DNA of 63,195 bases, filler included, from Salisapilia sapeloensis CBS 127946 (taxonomy: Eukaryota; Protista; Oomycota), in assembly GCA_023334545.1 (NCBI GenBank). It is 10 parts of 10 records of this genome, joined end to end, with 100 filler letters (N's around TTAATTAATTAA, not from the genome) between each part and the next. Parts side by side here need not be neighbours in the genome. Positions count along the whole stretch, not along the records: positions 28,103 to 36,554 come from JAADVB010000491.1; positions 36,655 to 48,968 come from JAADVB010000413.1; 8 more parts are not named here. One strand, written 5' to 3'. This document shows positions 31,593 through 43,800 of this stretch, piece after piece (the first letter of the stretch is position 1; each line of letters begins with the position of its first letter). The notes under the pieces were generated by a model. The model did no database searches, was not told the origin of the DNA, and saw only the letters and a list, made by a program, of their open reading frames with translations. The position numbers and the translations under genes are program-made.

Positions 31593-33176
31593 ATGTACAC
31601 GCCAACAAAACTACTCCGATCGGATGCTTTCGCTCCTTCGCTCCTAGCGATTGCCGCTGCGACAGTCTTCATAAGATACTGGTCACATGAGACCTCCCAC
31701 CGAAATGGTAAGCCACTGCCGACACCAGACACGACTTTACCGATACTAGGCAACACGTTGGATGTGGTTAAAAAGAATAAAGACCGTTTCTTCGAGTGGA
31801 TAACGGATGAAAGTATGAAGCATGAAGGTCATGGTTGGGTGCTTCAATCCGTTGGACGTCCACCAGCGATAGTGATCACTTCACCTGAGCTCGTGAAAGA
31901 CGTCATGAATACCCAGTCTGAGATTTTTACCCGAGGTCCTCTCAGTCAAGATCTCGTCCGTGACTTTCTAGGGAGGGGATTGGTAGCAGCCGATGGAGAC
32001 GATTGGTATTTTCAGCGAAAGACCGCCAGTCATCTATTCTCACTTCAAATGATGCAGCAAGTCATGCACAAGACGATCGTTGAGAAGACCGCTGTGCTTT
32101 CAAAAGTGCTCCAGCACTATGTAAACTCGAAAGAAACGTTTAGTGCTCGCGATCTATTCACACACTTTACATGCGACGTCTTCGTTCTAGCTGCGTTATC
32201 CGTGGATCTTGACTGCATGAATAAAGGGTTTAGTGGTCAAGACTCTCTTGAGTTTATGAACGCCTTCCACACCATGAGTTTTGCGACGCTAAAGCGTACA
32301 TTTCGTCCCCTTTGGTTGTGGAAATGTATGCGAGCGCTAGGCATTGGTAGTGAGCGTGAGCTAGCCAAATCGCGGAAAGTAGTTGATAGCATGATTGCTA
32401 ATGTCATCGAACAATCAGTACAGAAGAGAACTGGAAACGGTGCAAACGAAAGCGAATCGAAGGATTTGATCTCGTTGTTCTTTAACAACAAAGCAAAGAG
32501 TTTAGCACATACTCATGACGTGGACGTAAATGCAACCTATGTGCGAGATATGGCCGTCAACTTTATCTTTGCTGGACAAGACACATCTTCCGTAAGCTTG
32601 AGTTGGTTTGTCGTCATGATGAATCGCTACCCGAATGTCGCTGCTCGTCTCCGTCAAGAACTGCATGAAAAGTTCCCAAAGTTTCATTCAGATGCACAGG
32701 AACTACCATCAATGAAGGAATTGAACTCTCTCACGTATCTTGAAGCAGTTATTCGGGAAAACTTACGACTCAATCCACCTGTCTACGCTGCAAGTCGTAC
32801 TGCAAGCAAGTCTACTACGTTGGTGGATGGCACGTACGTCCCAAAACATTACCGGGTGGTGGTCAGTATATACACTATGGCTCGACTTAAGTCCATTTGG
32901 GGAGAAGACGCAGCTGATTTCAAGCCGGAGCGCTGGATTAACGAGTCCACGGGTGAAATCATCTACGAAAGTCCGTTTAAGTTTACAACATTCATGGGTG
33001 GGCCACGCCAATGCATCGGCATGAAGTTTGCGATGCTCGAGATGAAAGTAGCGATCGCGATGCTGGCGAGCAAATTTGAGATAACCATGGAAACGGATAA
33101 GTGGGATGTGCCGTACTCCCTTGGTGTTACGAACCCGGTAAAGATCCCGTTGACGTGCAGCGTCCGAAATGTGTAA
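31593..33176 (+). CDS. Cytochrome P450, CYP86-clan-like (fatty-acid hydroxylase-like), 527 aa
   Basis: N-terminal anchor; I-helix FIFAGQDTS; ExxR (ENLR); KPERW; heme motif FMGGPRQCIG; C-helix GDDWYFQRKTASHLFS. Confidence 0.92.
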   Translation: MYTPTKLLRSDAFAPSLLAIAAATVFIRYWSHETSHRNGKPLPTPDTTLPILGNTLDVVKKNKDRFFEWITDESMKHEGHGWVLQSVGRPPAIVITSPELVKDVMNTQSEIFTRGPLSQDLVRDFLGRGLVAADGDDWYFQRKTASHLFSLQMMQQVMHKTIVEKTAVLSKVLQHYVNSKETFSARDLFTHFTCDVFVLAALSVDLDCMNKGFSGQDSLEFMNAFHTMSFATLKRTFRPLWLWKCMRALGIGSERELAKSRKVVDSMIANVIEQSVQKRTGNGANESESKDLISLFFNNKAKSLAHTHDVDVNATYVRDMAVNFIFAGQDTSSVSLSWFVVMMNRYPNVAARLRQELHEKFPKFHSDAQELPSMKELNSLTYLEAVIRENLRLNPPVYAASRTASKSTTLVDGTYVPKHYRVVVSIYTMARLKSIWGEDAADFKPERWINESTGEIIYESPFKFTTFMGGPRQCIGMKFAMLEMKVAIAMLASKFEITMETDKWDVPYSLGVTNPVKIPLTCSVRNV

Positions 33177-34587
33177 GGAACATTTGAGCACGTACGATGA
33201 AGACTAACATAACAAGTTCGTAGTAAATGGCAATAAAAATTAACCTTTGGATCAAAAGCTACAGAATGAGCAGTATTGTGTGTGTATGATAGGACACGCG
33301 ATTCACTTGATCGAAATTACCAATTCGCTATAATTTTGCGCCGTAGATCAACAGATAACACAGATATAGACTTTTGATATTGATCTCAGGCACGTGCTAC
33401 TGGGTGCCAAGCTCAAGAAGGATAGGATAACATATTATTAAAAAGTAAAGTTTATCAATAATGATAAAAGAAGAAAGTAATTAATATATACGAGGAGTAC
33501 CAAAACTCGAGAGGCGTGTAAACCTTAGCAATAACCTATATTTGCGATTGTCAGTATCACCCTGCTTAAGCATGGAGCTTTTAGTGTAGAATAGTCCGGA
33601 CTTCGATTCCGATGCAGTCTATCTGAGCAATCAATTTTCAATCTTATTTTACTGATGTCGCTTTCGTGGAGCTCACACGAAACACATGGCCTCTCAAGCT
33701 ACATCAAGATCCAACCGAACAACAAAGACTCTTGCTAGCAATTAAGCGCGCGTGCTATTCGACTTTCTCGTGTATCATTCCCTGGCACCTCGAAACGGGT
33801 CGTCTCTAGAGGTATCTGATCCGGCATACCCGACGCGACAAAAACAAAATGGATGCTGAAACACCAGCGCTATAAATGTAAACTTGTAGGACGACTTTCA
33901 GTGATATTAAAATCACTATTAAACAAAATGTAAACGTCCATTAATGCTTTATAGCTCATTCTACGATATCAACCTGGATAATGGCTCAGTGGCGTACCGT
34001 ACAAAGAGAGTTAGTTATATGCGTTGATTCAAATCTGAAACTACCCCATGTCTTATGGTGATCTTGAAGCACAGTGCGCCTTCCATTGATTTCAAACTAC
34101 TGCGCTGGTATGTAGAACTTAAAAATCAAATCAACGGCTAGAAAGCTAGATCCCTCTTCGACACATAGTGACTGAATCGGTGTTTGGAATAGATTTGGTA
34201 CAAACGTTTTAGCATTATCTACCATAAAGGCAATGCGTTGGGTTTTAAGATCACTTCGCATTGAGTTTTGCGCTCCAGTTTCTAGCAATTTTTGGCGAAC
34301 CTAGGGGTTTCAGCGTTTGTGACAAAAGTCACAAAATCTTTAATGCTTTAGATTAAACCGGATGCTATCGAGGGACTTTGCACCAATATAAGATATTAAA
34401 AGCGCAGCAATTAGAAGATGTTATATTGAGCCTTTGCTCAATCCAACGGATAAACGCGTTATCTAATCTAATTATACTTCTCATGGTATTCATTTTTTTG
34501 ATAATGGTCGCCAGTGTTTCCGAGATAGAACTCACTTACCTTTCATCACCCTCGAGATAAAGCCGACGACAAGACCCCTAAAACAAC

Positions 34588-35679
34588 ATGCTACGCCCAA
34601 TGACACTCGTCTCTCTCTTGGCAGCCTTCGCAATGACAACGTTGCCATCCATGGCACAAGACGACCTACCAATCTATGGTCTGAACTATAGTCCTCGGTC
34701 CGGTCCGGATTGGCTTCCTGATATTCGATGTAAGAGCTCTGAAGTCATTCGTTCGGAGCTTGTGAGGTTAAAAGAGTACACAAACCGCCTCCGCTTCTTC
34801 AGTAACGTCGACTGCGATCTCGGTATCTCTACAGTGGAAATTGCCCATGAACTAGGCTTCGAGATGTCACTTTCTATGTGGGTGAACAATGATGACAAGG
34901 TTTTCCAAGGAGAAAAGAAAATGCTTAACACAATGATCAAAGAGCACCCAGAGTGGTTCAACGATCGTTCAGTCTTTCGTGACATTCGCGTCGGCAGTGA
35001 AGCTATCTATCGCGGTGAGCTGACGGCCGAAGAGAACATTAAGTACATGGAAGAGGTGAAAGCTCTTCTAGTCAAGAATAACATTACGTTGCCGGTGACT
35101 ATTTCCGAAATTGGAGATGTTTATGCTGAGCATCCAGAAATGGTTGATGCAGTTGATTTTGTGATGGCCAATGCGTTCACGTTCTGGGAAAAGCATCCAA
35201 TCGAAGGCGCTGCGGCTTATTTCAAAGAACGAATGACAGATGTGATCAACGTGGCTAAAGATAAAGGGAAGAGATTTGAGGTCGGTGAAACAGGATGGGC
35301 CACTGCGGGCTTTCACAAAAACGCTTCGGAGGCAAGTCCTGAAAATGCCATCAAGTACTTCACCGAGTTTACAGCTCTTGCCGAAGAGAATAATTGGCCA
35401 TACTACTACTTTACATCTTACGACGATGACTGGAAGAAATACTACGCTTCAGAAAGCGACTCTGATTCAGTTGAGACTCACTTTGGTATCTTTGAAGCTG
35501 ACGGGACAATGAAGGCTGCATTCGCTGACTACTTCCAAAAGGCCATCCGGACTGAAGATCATGCTACCATTAACGACGACCAAGTGACGTACGACCACAA
35601 CGACGAAGAGGATGCCAGCACTCCAGCAGATAGTGACGTTACCACGGAACCTACGGGTGCTGTAGACTTTAATGGTTGA
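34588..35679 (+). CDS. Secreted GH17 beta-1,3-glucanase/glucanosyltransferase, 363 aa
   Basis: Signal peptide; GLNYSPR; VGSEAIYR (acid/base Glu); VGETGWATAG (nucleophile Glu); HFGIF. Confidence 0.92.
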   Translation: MLRPMTLVSLLAAFAMTTLPSMAQDDLPIYGLNYSPRSGPDWLPDIRCKSSEVIRSELVRLKEYTNRLRFFSNVDCDLGISTVEIAHELGFEMSLSMWVNNDDKVFQGEKKMLNTMIKEHPEWFNDRSVFRDIRVGSEAIYRGELTAEENIKYMEEVKALLVKNNITLPVTISEIGDVYAEHPEMVDAVDFVMANAFTFWEKHPIEGAAAYFKERMTDVINVAKDKGKRFEVGETGWATAGFHKNASEASPENAIKYFTEFTALAEENNWPYYYFTSYDDDWKKYYASESDSDSVETHFGIFEADGTMKAAFADYFQKAIRTEDHATINDDQVTYDHNDEEDASTPADSDVTTEPTGAVDFNG

Positions 35680-35813
35680 ATCAATGTTATCGGTAATGAA
35701 GATTGACTGTACGAGTCGTGATATGTTAAGATAAACACATTCCACATGAGCAAGTACGTTTTCTTTTAAAGTGTTTCTATTATTTGTAGTGTTTTTGTTT
35801 TATTGTAAGGTCC

Positions 35814-36554
35814 TTACAGCTTCGCATCGAAACGTTTGTCGTCCGTCACCGAGGCCAACCATGTCAGCAAGATAGCGTTGACCTTCGCATGCTGCTCCCA
35901 CAACACCCAGTGACCAGCGTCCTCGATCAATGCCGTTTGAAGCTGAGGAATGAATTTCTTCATGTGCCTTCCCATGGAAGGACGTAGCACTGAATCGTCT
36001 TGTGCAGCGATGAACAGAGCCTGATGACCGATCGTCTTCGGCAAATGGCGCGAAGTTTCAAAGTCGATCTTGGTAGTCGTGTAGTAGTGGCAGCATGGTT
36101 GAAATCCAGTTTCCGAAAACTGCTGCACATAGTAGTCCAACTCTGCATCAGAGACGACAGACGATTTCTCCGTGTACACGGAGCTCGGATGGTCGACCAC
36201 GTTCAGCAACATTTCGCGTAGCGGCAATTTTTCCTCCTTCGGTAGAGCATTGAAATCCTTACTGCTCTTGTACATGGCAGTAAAGAATCGGCGAGGAACC
36301 TGATCAAACTTGGCAGCTGCATTTTCCGTGTCTGAGAGCACCTTTTGGTAATCGAACTGAGGAATCCTCTCGATCACACCGTCAAGGTCCACGTACTCAT
36401 CCTTGGGTGGGGAGTATGGGGTGCAGACACCGCAGACGGCAGACACACGCTCCGGGTGGTAGAGGCACATGTGCCAGACCATCGATCCACCCCAGTCATG
36501 GCCGATGAAGACAGCTTGCTCAATGTCGAGAGCATCAAGCAAACCAGCCAAATC
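35814..36554 (-). CDS. Soluble epoxide hydrolase-like alpha/beta hydrolase, 5' truncated
   Basis: FIGHDWGG (Asp nucleophile), FDYQ and HYY lid tyrosines, DSVL, AGHWVLWE. Confidence 0.88.
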   Translation of the reverse strand, partial: DLAGLLDALDIEQAVFIGHDWGGSMVWHMCLYHPERVSAVCGVCTPYSPPKDEYVDLDGVIERIPQFDYQKVLSDTENAAAKFDQVPRRFFTAMYKSSKDFNALPKEEKLPLREMLLNVVDHPSSVYTEKSSVVSDAELDYYVQQFSETGFQPCCHYYTTTKIDFETSRHLPKTIGHQALFIAAQDDSVLRPSMGRHMKKFIPQLQTALIEDAGHWVLWEQHAKVNAILLTWLASVTDDKRFDAKL

Positions 36555-36654
36555 NNNNNNNNNNNNNNNNNNNNNNNNNNNNNNNNNNNNNNNNNNNNTT
36601 AATTAATTAANNNNNNNNNNNNNNNNNNNNNNNNNNNNNNNNNNNNNNNNNNNN
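36555..36654. other. Artificial contig spacer
   Basis: 44 N + TTAATTAATTAA + 44 N. Confidence 0.98.
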
Positions 36655-37015
36655 TAGCTCTTCGCTTTTATTTCGGAGCAGACACAGTACAATGGTGAAC
36701 GAAATAATTGGTCGATATTTGCGACTTGCGCTGTACACCGTCCCATTGAAATGGCGAATAGCTCAATGTTGCAAGTAAATCGAATACAACTTCAATCTGG
36801 AGGCTTCTGAGGATATGCTCGACACGATTCCTCGCCAAGACATGACAGAGGAACGGAAGACAACCGTGGATAGTGACGTATGAGTAGGATGACCCGACAT
36901 AAACTTAGCTACTGATTACTGTTACAGTTTATCCATGTTTGCTCACGCAATGCCTAATGCTCCTTGCTTAATGCCCGATTCTACGCGCAATGAACACGGT
37001 ATTGACTTGCTTTAT
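36655..37015. repeat. Degenerate dispersed repeat, other copy at about 226-590
   Basis: Same blocks as 226-590, including gaaataattgg.cgatattt.cgact and cccgatt...gaacacggt. Confidence 0.75.
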
Positions 37016-37522
37016 CTGAAGCAGTGGTTTAGGTTTAATTCATGTCTTGGCTGCTGCTCTTAGGCCTTGTAGAATAACTGTAGGATATACGGCGCTAAAA
37101 CTTGAATGGAAGCCTGGATAATTGAAGTCGATAAAAGGTCGTTGGCAGGCTTACGAGATAAAAAGGTTTTCTGTGCATACATTCAACCAATTAAATAACA
37201 GTCTCATGTTCAACGAGATTTAAATAGTGGTTTACGCGCCAAAAGTGGGACCTTGGTGGAGATGAACAGCTCTTTTGTGGTCGTGGAATGCAGGTATAAA
37301 GTATCTTTCACGGTCATGTACCTCAAATCCACAGATAGGACCTGACGAAGGCAATGCCGGGCTGATTTTATCCAAGCTACTAATGTTGAGTTAGCAAAGC
37401 GCAACAAATGACCTGCTTGATTAGCTGAGCCCATCTGACTTGATACCCGTTTGTTTTATGTATTTGACGTGTGGACACTTGGAGCTGTTCGCACCGACTC
37501 ATCTTCAGCTATGCTTGCATTG

Positions 37523-37538
37523 CCATTCATCGTTTTGC
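37523..37538 (+). promoter_or_regulatory. INR+FPR-like core promoter
   Basis: CCATTCATCGTTTTGC ending 7 bp before the lipase ATG. Confidence 0.5.
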
Positions 37539-37545
37539 TCCAGCC

Positions 37546-39065
37546 ATGACAGTACTCCAGCTCCTGCTTTTCGTCGCTACCTTCTTGGCCTCACCAGCCA
37601 CTGCTGACAACAACTACCCGATTGTGTTTGTGCATGGCTTCGCTGGTTGGGGCCCTGGTGAACACAATGGCTTGCCTTTTTGGGGTAACATCCAAGGAGA
37701 CTTCCTTCAGAATCTGACTGATGCTGGCTACACTGTCTACGAGGCTAAGGTCGGCCCATTCTCCTCCAACTGGGATCGTGCATGTGAGCTCTACGCTCGG
37801 ATCAAGGGTGGCAATGTCAACTACGGAACGAAGCACTCTTCCCACTTTGGACATGAAGCCACTGCTGGACCATTCGATGGGCTATACCCCGAGTGGGGTG
37901 AGCAAGATGAGAATGGAAACATTAAGAAGGTGCACCTACTTGGTCACTCCATGGGTATGTGTCCTTGACATTATAATACGTCCAGAATGATGATTAGTAT
38001 TTGAACATGATAGGTGGACAAACAATTAGGATGCTTGCGCACTTGCTCGCGAAAGGCACTGCTGGAGCTCCAGTGGAGGAAGACCCGTCTTCGCATGAGC
38101 TATTTGCTGGTGGACACGACTGGGTGGCCTCTGTGACCACTATCTCATCTCCCAATCAAGGCACTCTCCTCGCTAGCGCTTTAAATAACTTTGGTGCTGT
38201 GGTGAAGAATCTCGTGATCGGATTCTTTGCTCTTACTGGAGTTACTGGAAATGATGAAGTTGTTGGATTCGATGCCATGTTCGATCAGTGGGGTGTCCAA
38301 CCAAAGGGTTCAGATGAGTCGCTTATCGACTACCTCGATCGCGTCTTTTCGAGCAAAGCGTTTACTTCGAACTTTAAGGACATTTGTCTTTGGAGTCTGT
38401 CGACTGATGGAGCTGAAGAAGAGAACTCGTGGGTGACTACGCTGCCGAATGTGTATTACTTTAGCTACGCTACGTTGGACAGTCACCCAGCAAAGAACCT
38501 GCTGCTGCAGCCGATCCACCTACCCAACATTCAAACGATGGCCTTCCCATTAACGATTGTCTCGACCTTCTTGGGTAGCCGGTATGGTCCAAACCACGGT
38601 TTTACCGAGTTGTGGCAACCTAACGATGGTGTTGTCAACACCGTTTCGATGAGTGACATCGGAGACGGAAATGCCGTGAGCTTCAAAGGCGACGCCCAGA
38701 CTGGTATTTGGAATCATGTGGCCGAGCTCGACCATTTGGATCATAATGCGGCTACTGGCACTACTATGCACACGGAAGTCTATGGTGTGTACAAGTCGCA
38801 TGCTGAGCTACTCTACAGCTTGGACGTGTCCGGATCGCGACGCCTGAGCGCAACGCCTTCCAGCGCTGCGGATGATTTGCAGAATGCAATCACAACGCTG
38901 AAACAAGCTGCTGCTTCTATCCAAACGAAGGCAGACTTTGAAGCCAAGTGTGCTGCAGTTAGTGACAATGTAAAGATGCAGAACTACTGCAAATTGATGC
39001 GTGAGAACATGGAGGATGTCGATCAGACGGAATCTCGGCGTTTACGATCCGTAGAAGGCCAGTAA
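37546..39065 (+). CDS. Secreted triacylglycerol lipase resembling the Staphylococcus/Geobacillus type (family I.5/I.6), 2 exons
   Basis: Exons 37546-37954 and 38014-39065. PIVFVHGFAGWG, GPFSSNWDRACELYA, GHSMGGQTIR, SPNQGT, NDGVVN, LDH. Confidence 0.9.
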
Positions 39066-39339
39066 AAAACGCAATGCATCACAAACAAACATTTTCTCAA
39101 AAAGCGTTTAATACGATGTCCAACCTATCTCTCTTCCTTGACGTCAATGATGTGACAAGCTACTGGATTTGAAAAGATTCAAATCGAATCCAATCAACAT
39201 GCCTCGGGAATAATCCAACCATCATTTCGAACGCAAGTGTTTGCAAATAGGACATGGATTACGTCCGCCGAGAAGATTCTCAACTTGAATTTTATATCCG
39301 CACCGTCGGGATCAGCTCATAATTAAAAAAGCAAGCAAC

Positions 39340-40587
39340 ATGGGAAGAGCAAACAACGCACTCGCACAGACATTGCGCAACAAGTTCACGCAGGAATGGT
39401 CATCTCGCCGGTATCAGATGGAGTACGAGACGTTCAAATTTAATCATTTGCTACATGGCGTCATGGCGCTGTATGATCTCGGTGCTTCCGAGTCCATGAT
39501 TGAATCCTATGCCAAAAGCTATACTGCGAAACTCGTGCCGGTACCAGAGGAAGACAAGCCCGCAACGGAAACGCTTTCGACGTCTCTTACGCACGAGACT
39601 GCTCGTGAATTACTTGGGAAGCAAACACACTTTAACGAGCTGCGAGCGTTGTATGAATCGGAAGTCAAAGTCGAGGGTGCTGATGCAACGATTCGCCGCC
39701 ATCTTCCGACGCTCGTCGATGGCTTAGCCGGATCGCTGTTCCATACGATCATCCACATGGGCTACTCGTATCACCTAGGCTGCGATCGTAGTATTGCCGA
39801 AGCACTCGCGTATATGCATAGCATGCACCTGGCATTCGACGATCCGGAGAACCCGTATCGAGCGACAAAGAGCATCAATACCGATCGTGAAAAGTTCGTT
39901 CGAAAGGATGCACTCATGCTAGCCAAGTCGCTGGGTGATCAGGACGTGGTGCTCTCTGAAATAAAAGATCGTCTGGCTCAATCACCACTCAAGGATCTAT
40001 CGACGAGCGGTCTTCAGAAGGTGTTCATGAGTACTTCTTCCGATCCAAAGTGTGGAAGCATTGATGCCTTCCGTACTCTTGCGGATACGATTGATCAGTA
40101 CGATCTAACTGAATTTGACGGCACCGTCGCGCTCGACTTCTCTCTCTGGGTCTACACGATGCTCGGACACAACGACTTTGTCATCCTTCATGCTGTAACT
40201 GCCGCATGGGGTCTCCACCAAGTGGAGCATTTGCTGGAACATGACGACCGCGTACGTGCCTGGCGTGTGTGGCTGCAAGTGACCTTGTCGGCCTACATTA
40301 GTCGTGATACGAGTGACCTCTTGGACCATGACATCTGCGAAGGCTTTGAAAACCAAGTGTCTGGACTAGCCGACTGGAATGACATTGTCGAGCAGGCCCT
40401 TCAAAGAGATACCTTGGCCGAGACGCATGCCTACAAGTTGGTGCAAGTTGCTCGCGATCATGCAAACGAGAAGAGCACATCGAACTTTTTGACTTCGGAT
40501 GAAAGAGATTTTATCGGCCGCAAAGCTGCGCTCAAAGTCCTTTCGGAAGACTACGGCTTCAAGGCGCATCCGAAGCTTGCTGCGTAA
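39340..40587 (+). CDS. Questin oxidase-like / DUF4243 (AflY/HypA-like) oxidoreductase, 415 aa
   Basis: FNHLLHGVMALYDLGAS, GLAGSLFHTIIHMGY, DFVILHAVTA, ETHAYK. Confidence 0.75.
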   Translation: MGRANNALAQTLRNKFTQEWSSRRYQMEYETFKFNHLLHGVMALYDLGASESMIESYAKSYTAKLVPVPEEDKPATETLSTSLTHETARELLGKQTHFNELRALYESEVKVEGADATIRRHLPTLVDGLAGSLFHTIIHMGYSYHLGCDRSIAEALAYMHSMHLAFDDPENPYRATKSINTDREKFVRKDALMLAKSLGDQDVVLSEIKDRLAQSPLKDLSTSGLQKVFMSTSSDPKCGSIDAFRTLADTIDQYDLTEFDGTVALDFSLWVYTMLGHNDFVILHAVTAAWGLHQVEHLLEHDDRVRAWRVWLQVTLSAYISRDTSDLLDHDICEGFENQVSGLADWNDIVEQALQRDTLAETHAYKLVQVARDHANEKSTSNFLTSDERDFIGRKAALKVLSEDYGFKAHPKLAA

Positions 40588-40824
40588 GACTGGAAGTGGT
40601 TTATCTTTGCTTAATCTAACAATGAAATGAAAAAAGTTGATTACTCGAAACTTATCGCTTCCTTTCTCGTTCGCTTTAATTGCTTCATACTTATCCTCTA
40701 GCATTTACTACGATGAGCTGGAAAATATCTCAATGTTGCGGAAATGTCAGCTATCGTAGAGTACCTCGATAAAATAAAAGTCGATCAATACTTGTGTAAA
40801 AACGTATGAAGTAAGCTTTCAATT

Positions 40825-43800
40825 CTAATAAAAGAAGCCTCGTGCCACGCCTTGCTCTTCTTCCTGTTGACTGGCAAACGAGTTAAAGATCTGCTCCAAC
40901 GTCGTCTGGGATATCGAGTACTCCTTGATGCTCATATCCGTCTTCATGCCTTCCATTAGACGAAACACATCAGTTAGCTTCAGTTCATTCTGCTTCGTAT
41001 TTCGTAGCTTGAAGCGGCAGAAGTCATTTTGTCGCTCCATCACTTCCACTGTATCTTGTCCGACTTGCTTTTTCATCTGAAAAAGCAAGGAGTCGAAATT
41101 ACTTTCTCGATGATACCATGCGTAAAATGCTCTTGCAGGGACAAAACCATCTCTTTCAAATGCTGCAGCCAAGTTGTATCCAGTTGGATGTGATGACGTC
41201 AAGCGACTTGGATAGTCTCGTTTACCGATGCCTTGGCACTTTTCATCCAGATCTGCATAAGTGATCATTGCATTTGCCTTGACACCCGGATAGCTTTCGA
41301 GATCCTGTGACTCCGAGCTAAACATTATATGTCCATGACCAGACCATCTCCAAAATGACTTTTTAAGTGCTGCACACTTCCCAGACAACGAAGACGACCA
41401 CCCACCATGATACCCACATTCGAGCACAGTGCTTCACACTCTTCCATCGAATGAGTCGTCAAGACGATGGTGGCCGAATTGCTACGAGTCGAAATGCCCA
41501 TAATGACATCCCACATGAAGAGTCAAGACACAGGATCCGTTTCTGTCGATGGTTCATCCATGAAGATAATCTCCGGGTCTCCGATCATGGCGATAGCGAC
41601 ACTCAACTTGCGTTTATTGCCACCACTGAGACCTCCAGCCAGCTTGTCTTCAATTGCCTCCATGTTCAGCTGCGAGATCTTCTGCTGGATGACGGCGTCG
41701 AGATTATACGTTGGTACGCCTTTGATCTGAGCAAATAGCTGCAAATGTTCCTTGACAGTCATGAGGTCGAAAAGTGCACCGAACTGAGAGCAGTACCCGA
41801 TGAGACCGCGGATCTCGATCTGCTGCGTCATAATGCCAAAGCCACCTAATGTCGCATTGCCTTGTGTGGGCAGGACGTCTCCTGTCAGCATCTTCATAGT
41901 AGTCGTCTTGCTTACTCCATTGATGCCAAGAAAGCCAAAGCACTCACTTTTCTTCAGACTGAACGTGAGATTGCGCACAGCCGGCCTGCTTCCCTTGTAC
42001 ACCTTCCGAATACCCTTTAAAACGATGGCATCGTCGTCAGCTTCGCCCGAGTTCACCTTCGCTGCTTCGTTCTGGGCATCCTCATCGATATTGTACATCT
42101 CATTTTCCACATCCCCACGGCCAGAGAGCTAATGCTTAATCTTTGGAAACGTCAAAGCTTAGTCGATGCCGATCGCCAACGTGCTGAAGATGATAACGTC
42201 CAGGACGAGGAAGATGAGCTCATAGCCCATGATATCAGTACTCCATGGTTCTGTCTTCTCTTCTATACGACTCATGACAGACTCTATTTCATGCTGTACC
42301 ATCCTCAAGAGTCCATTGCTCAAGTTAAACAATGATGAGAGTCTCCAAATGAACACAAGGATACCGTGAATGGGTTTCGCACTCTCGATCGTGTCCAAGA
42401 TAAACGATATGACGAGAAGCAGTGTACCGAAGAGGAAGTTGGCCATCACAGCATACGTCTGCGAAGATGCTGCATCGTTTAGCAGATATGAGATGCAGTA
42501 GGTGAATGGTATAATTGCAAAGCCGAAGAGGACGACGAGGACAATCAGCATCTTGAATGTCATGTCGGTGCAAGACACACAATCCTCGCTTCCAGACAAT
42601 GCCGTGATGTCGAAGTATTTGATGAGGATGACACCAATGACGGCAGGCGCCAGGTACGTAAGGTAATCCCATACCATTTTAGCTGTCCAAAAGGCTGGAA
42701 GAGAGACTCCAGACACGAGTTGCTGATGCTTAGCGTTTTGCTTCGATACTTTTTCCTTCACAAGGAAAACAACGATGGCATCAGGGAAGCAAGTGAATGA
42801 GATGGTGACGAAAATGCATGCTGTGAATGCCATAAATGTACCAAAGAGTGATTTACTCGACTGTGACATTGGCAGCGGATAGTTGTTCACCGTCAAGCTG
42901 ACATCGTCGGAGCTGTTTGCGAAAAATCGATAGATGGCTTCATCCACCAGCGCTTTAAAGATGATAGAACCATGCGTGGCTGACGTATTCGTGAATGTGT
43001 TGTAGCTCACGGTGTTGGTATCATGGCTTCCATACAACAAGAGCCCTCCGTATTGGCCTTTCACAAGCTCCTGCTCATCCTTTCTGTAACCTCGATTATA
43101 GATCTGTTTGCTAAAGGCTAGATTGTAGCCTTTCAAATCATTTGTGCTACCAACTAAATCGTTATACTCGACACCAAACAAAGTTGGAGAGTCCGAGTCA
43201 ATTATTGAGATAGATGCATCATCCAGCATTTGCGTATCGAAGTCACGCATGTAGTTCTGCATAATGTCTTGACACCACGTACTATCGTCATTGTTCGGGT
43301 AGCAATAAAAGGGTGTTGGTGTATTCTGACCCTGGTCGAATATGTCCATGTTTAGTTTCATACTCGGATCATCGCTTGTGGTACTCGAGCTTTCCAACAT
43401 CTTGAAGCCGACGAAGAGCATTGCGGCCGGAAGAACGATCGTGTATCCCAGCATATTCTTATCCCGAACAGCATTGTAATAGCATTTCCAAAACAAATCC
43501 TTCAAGTGGATCATAAAGTTAGTATCTAAATACGAGCTTGAATCTGTCGATTCTCCCCGCTCATTGCGGTCAATATCGCTATCACGTCGAGTAAAGTTTG
43601 CATCAGACGTATGGCCATCAACATGTAGATTCTGAGAAACGCCCGCAGACCCAGCTTCTCCATCATACATGTCGCTATTTAGCGTGTGCTGGTGCGTTTC
43701 GTCATTGATCTCTGCGACCTTGATGAACACTTCTTCCAGTGTCGTGACGGAAATGCCATAGTTGCGAAGTCCCATTATATCTATCGAATCATCCAGCTTT

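Noticed and set aside
34100-34560. Possible pogo/Tc5 transposase relic (RLDNAFIRWIEQ on the minus strand)
   Set aside because: One short CENP-B-like resemblance amid many stops, with no DDE motif or TIR; not supportable without a search.
4602-35679. A large beta-glucan/cellulose gene cluster (GT48, GH16 x2, GH6, GH17)
   Set aside because: The genes sit on different contigs separated by artificial spacers; only within-contig linkage is real.
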